From NCBI RefSeq assembly GCF_001194135.2, contig NC_068992.1, positions 11,477,824-11,528,226 of the forward strand: a DNA stretch of 50,403 nt, given 5' to 3'. The stretch's first letter is position 1. Each line of letters opens with the position of its first letter. This DNA comes from Octopus bimaculoides (lineage: Eukaryota). Positions 50,402-50,403 of the stretch are shown piece after piece. Both the position numbers and the translations under genes were made by a program. The notes under the pieces were generated by a model that saw only the letters and a program-made list of their open reading frames with translations, had not been told where the DNA came from and searched no databases.

Positions 50402-50403
50402 CA

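Overview
This is AT-rich animal genomic DNA, about 20% assembly gaps (N runs, most bordered by (TA)n), with no complete protein-coding ORF. The repeat landscape looks like an octopod cephalopod genome (inference from memory of octopus repeats, not a database result). The window contains at least three tRNA-headed SINE families, several RTE-clade LINE fragments, and one R4/Dong-like non-LTR fragment with a zinc knuckle and restriction-like endonuclease. The youngest RTE copy (8213-9728) carries a clean RT segment. Also present are MITE-like elements, a long foldback hairpin, dense microsatellites, and remnants of Penelope-type repeats with decayed minimal hammerhead-ribozyme motifs. A few short, splice-site-bounded open segments on the + strand may be exons of an unidentified gene with long introns ending near 36141; this is low confidence. 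Almost all ORFs in the supplied track are microsatellite or gap artefacts.
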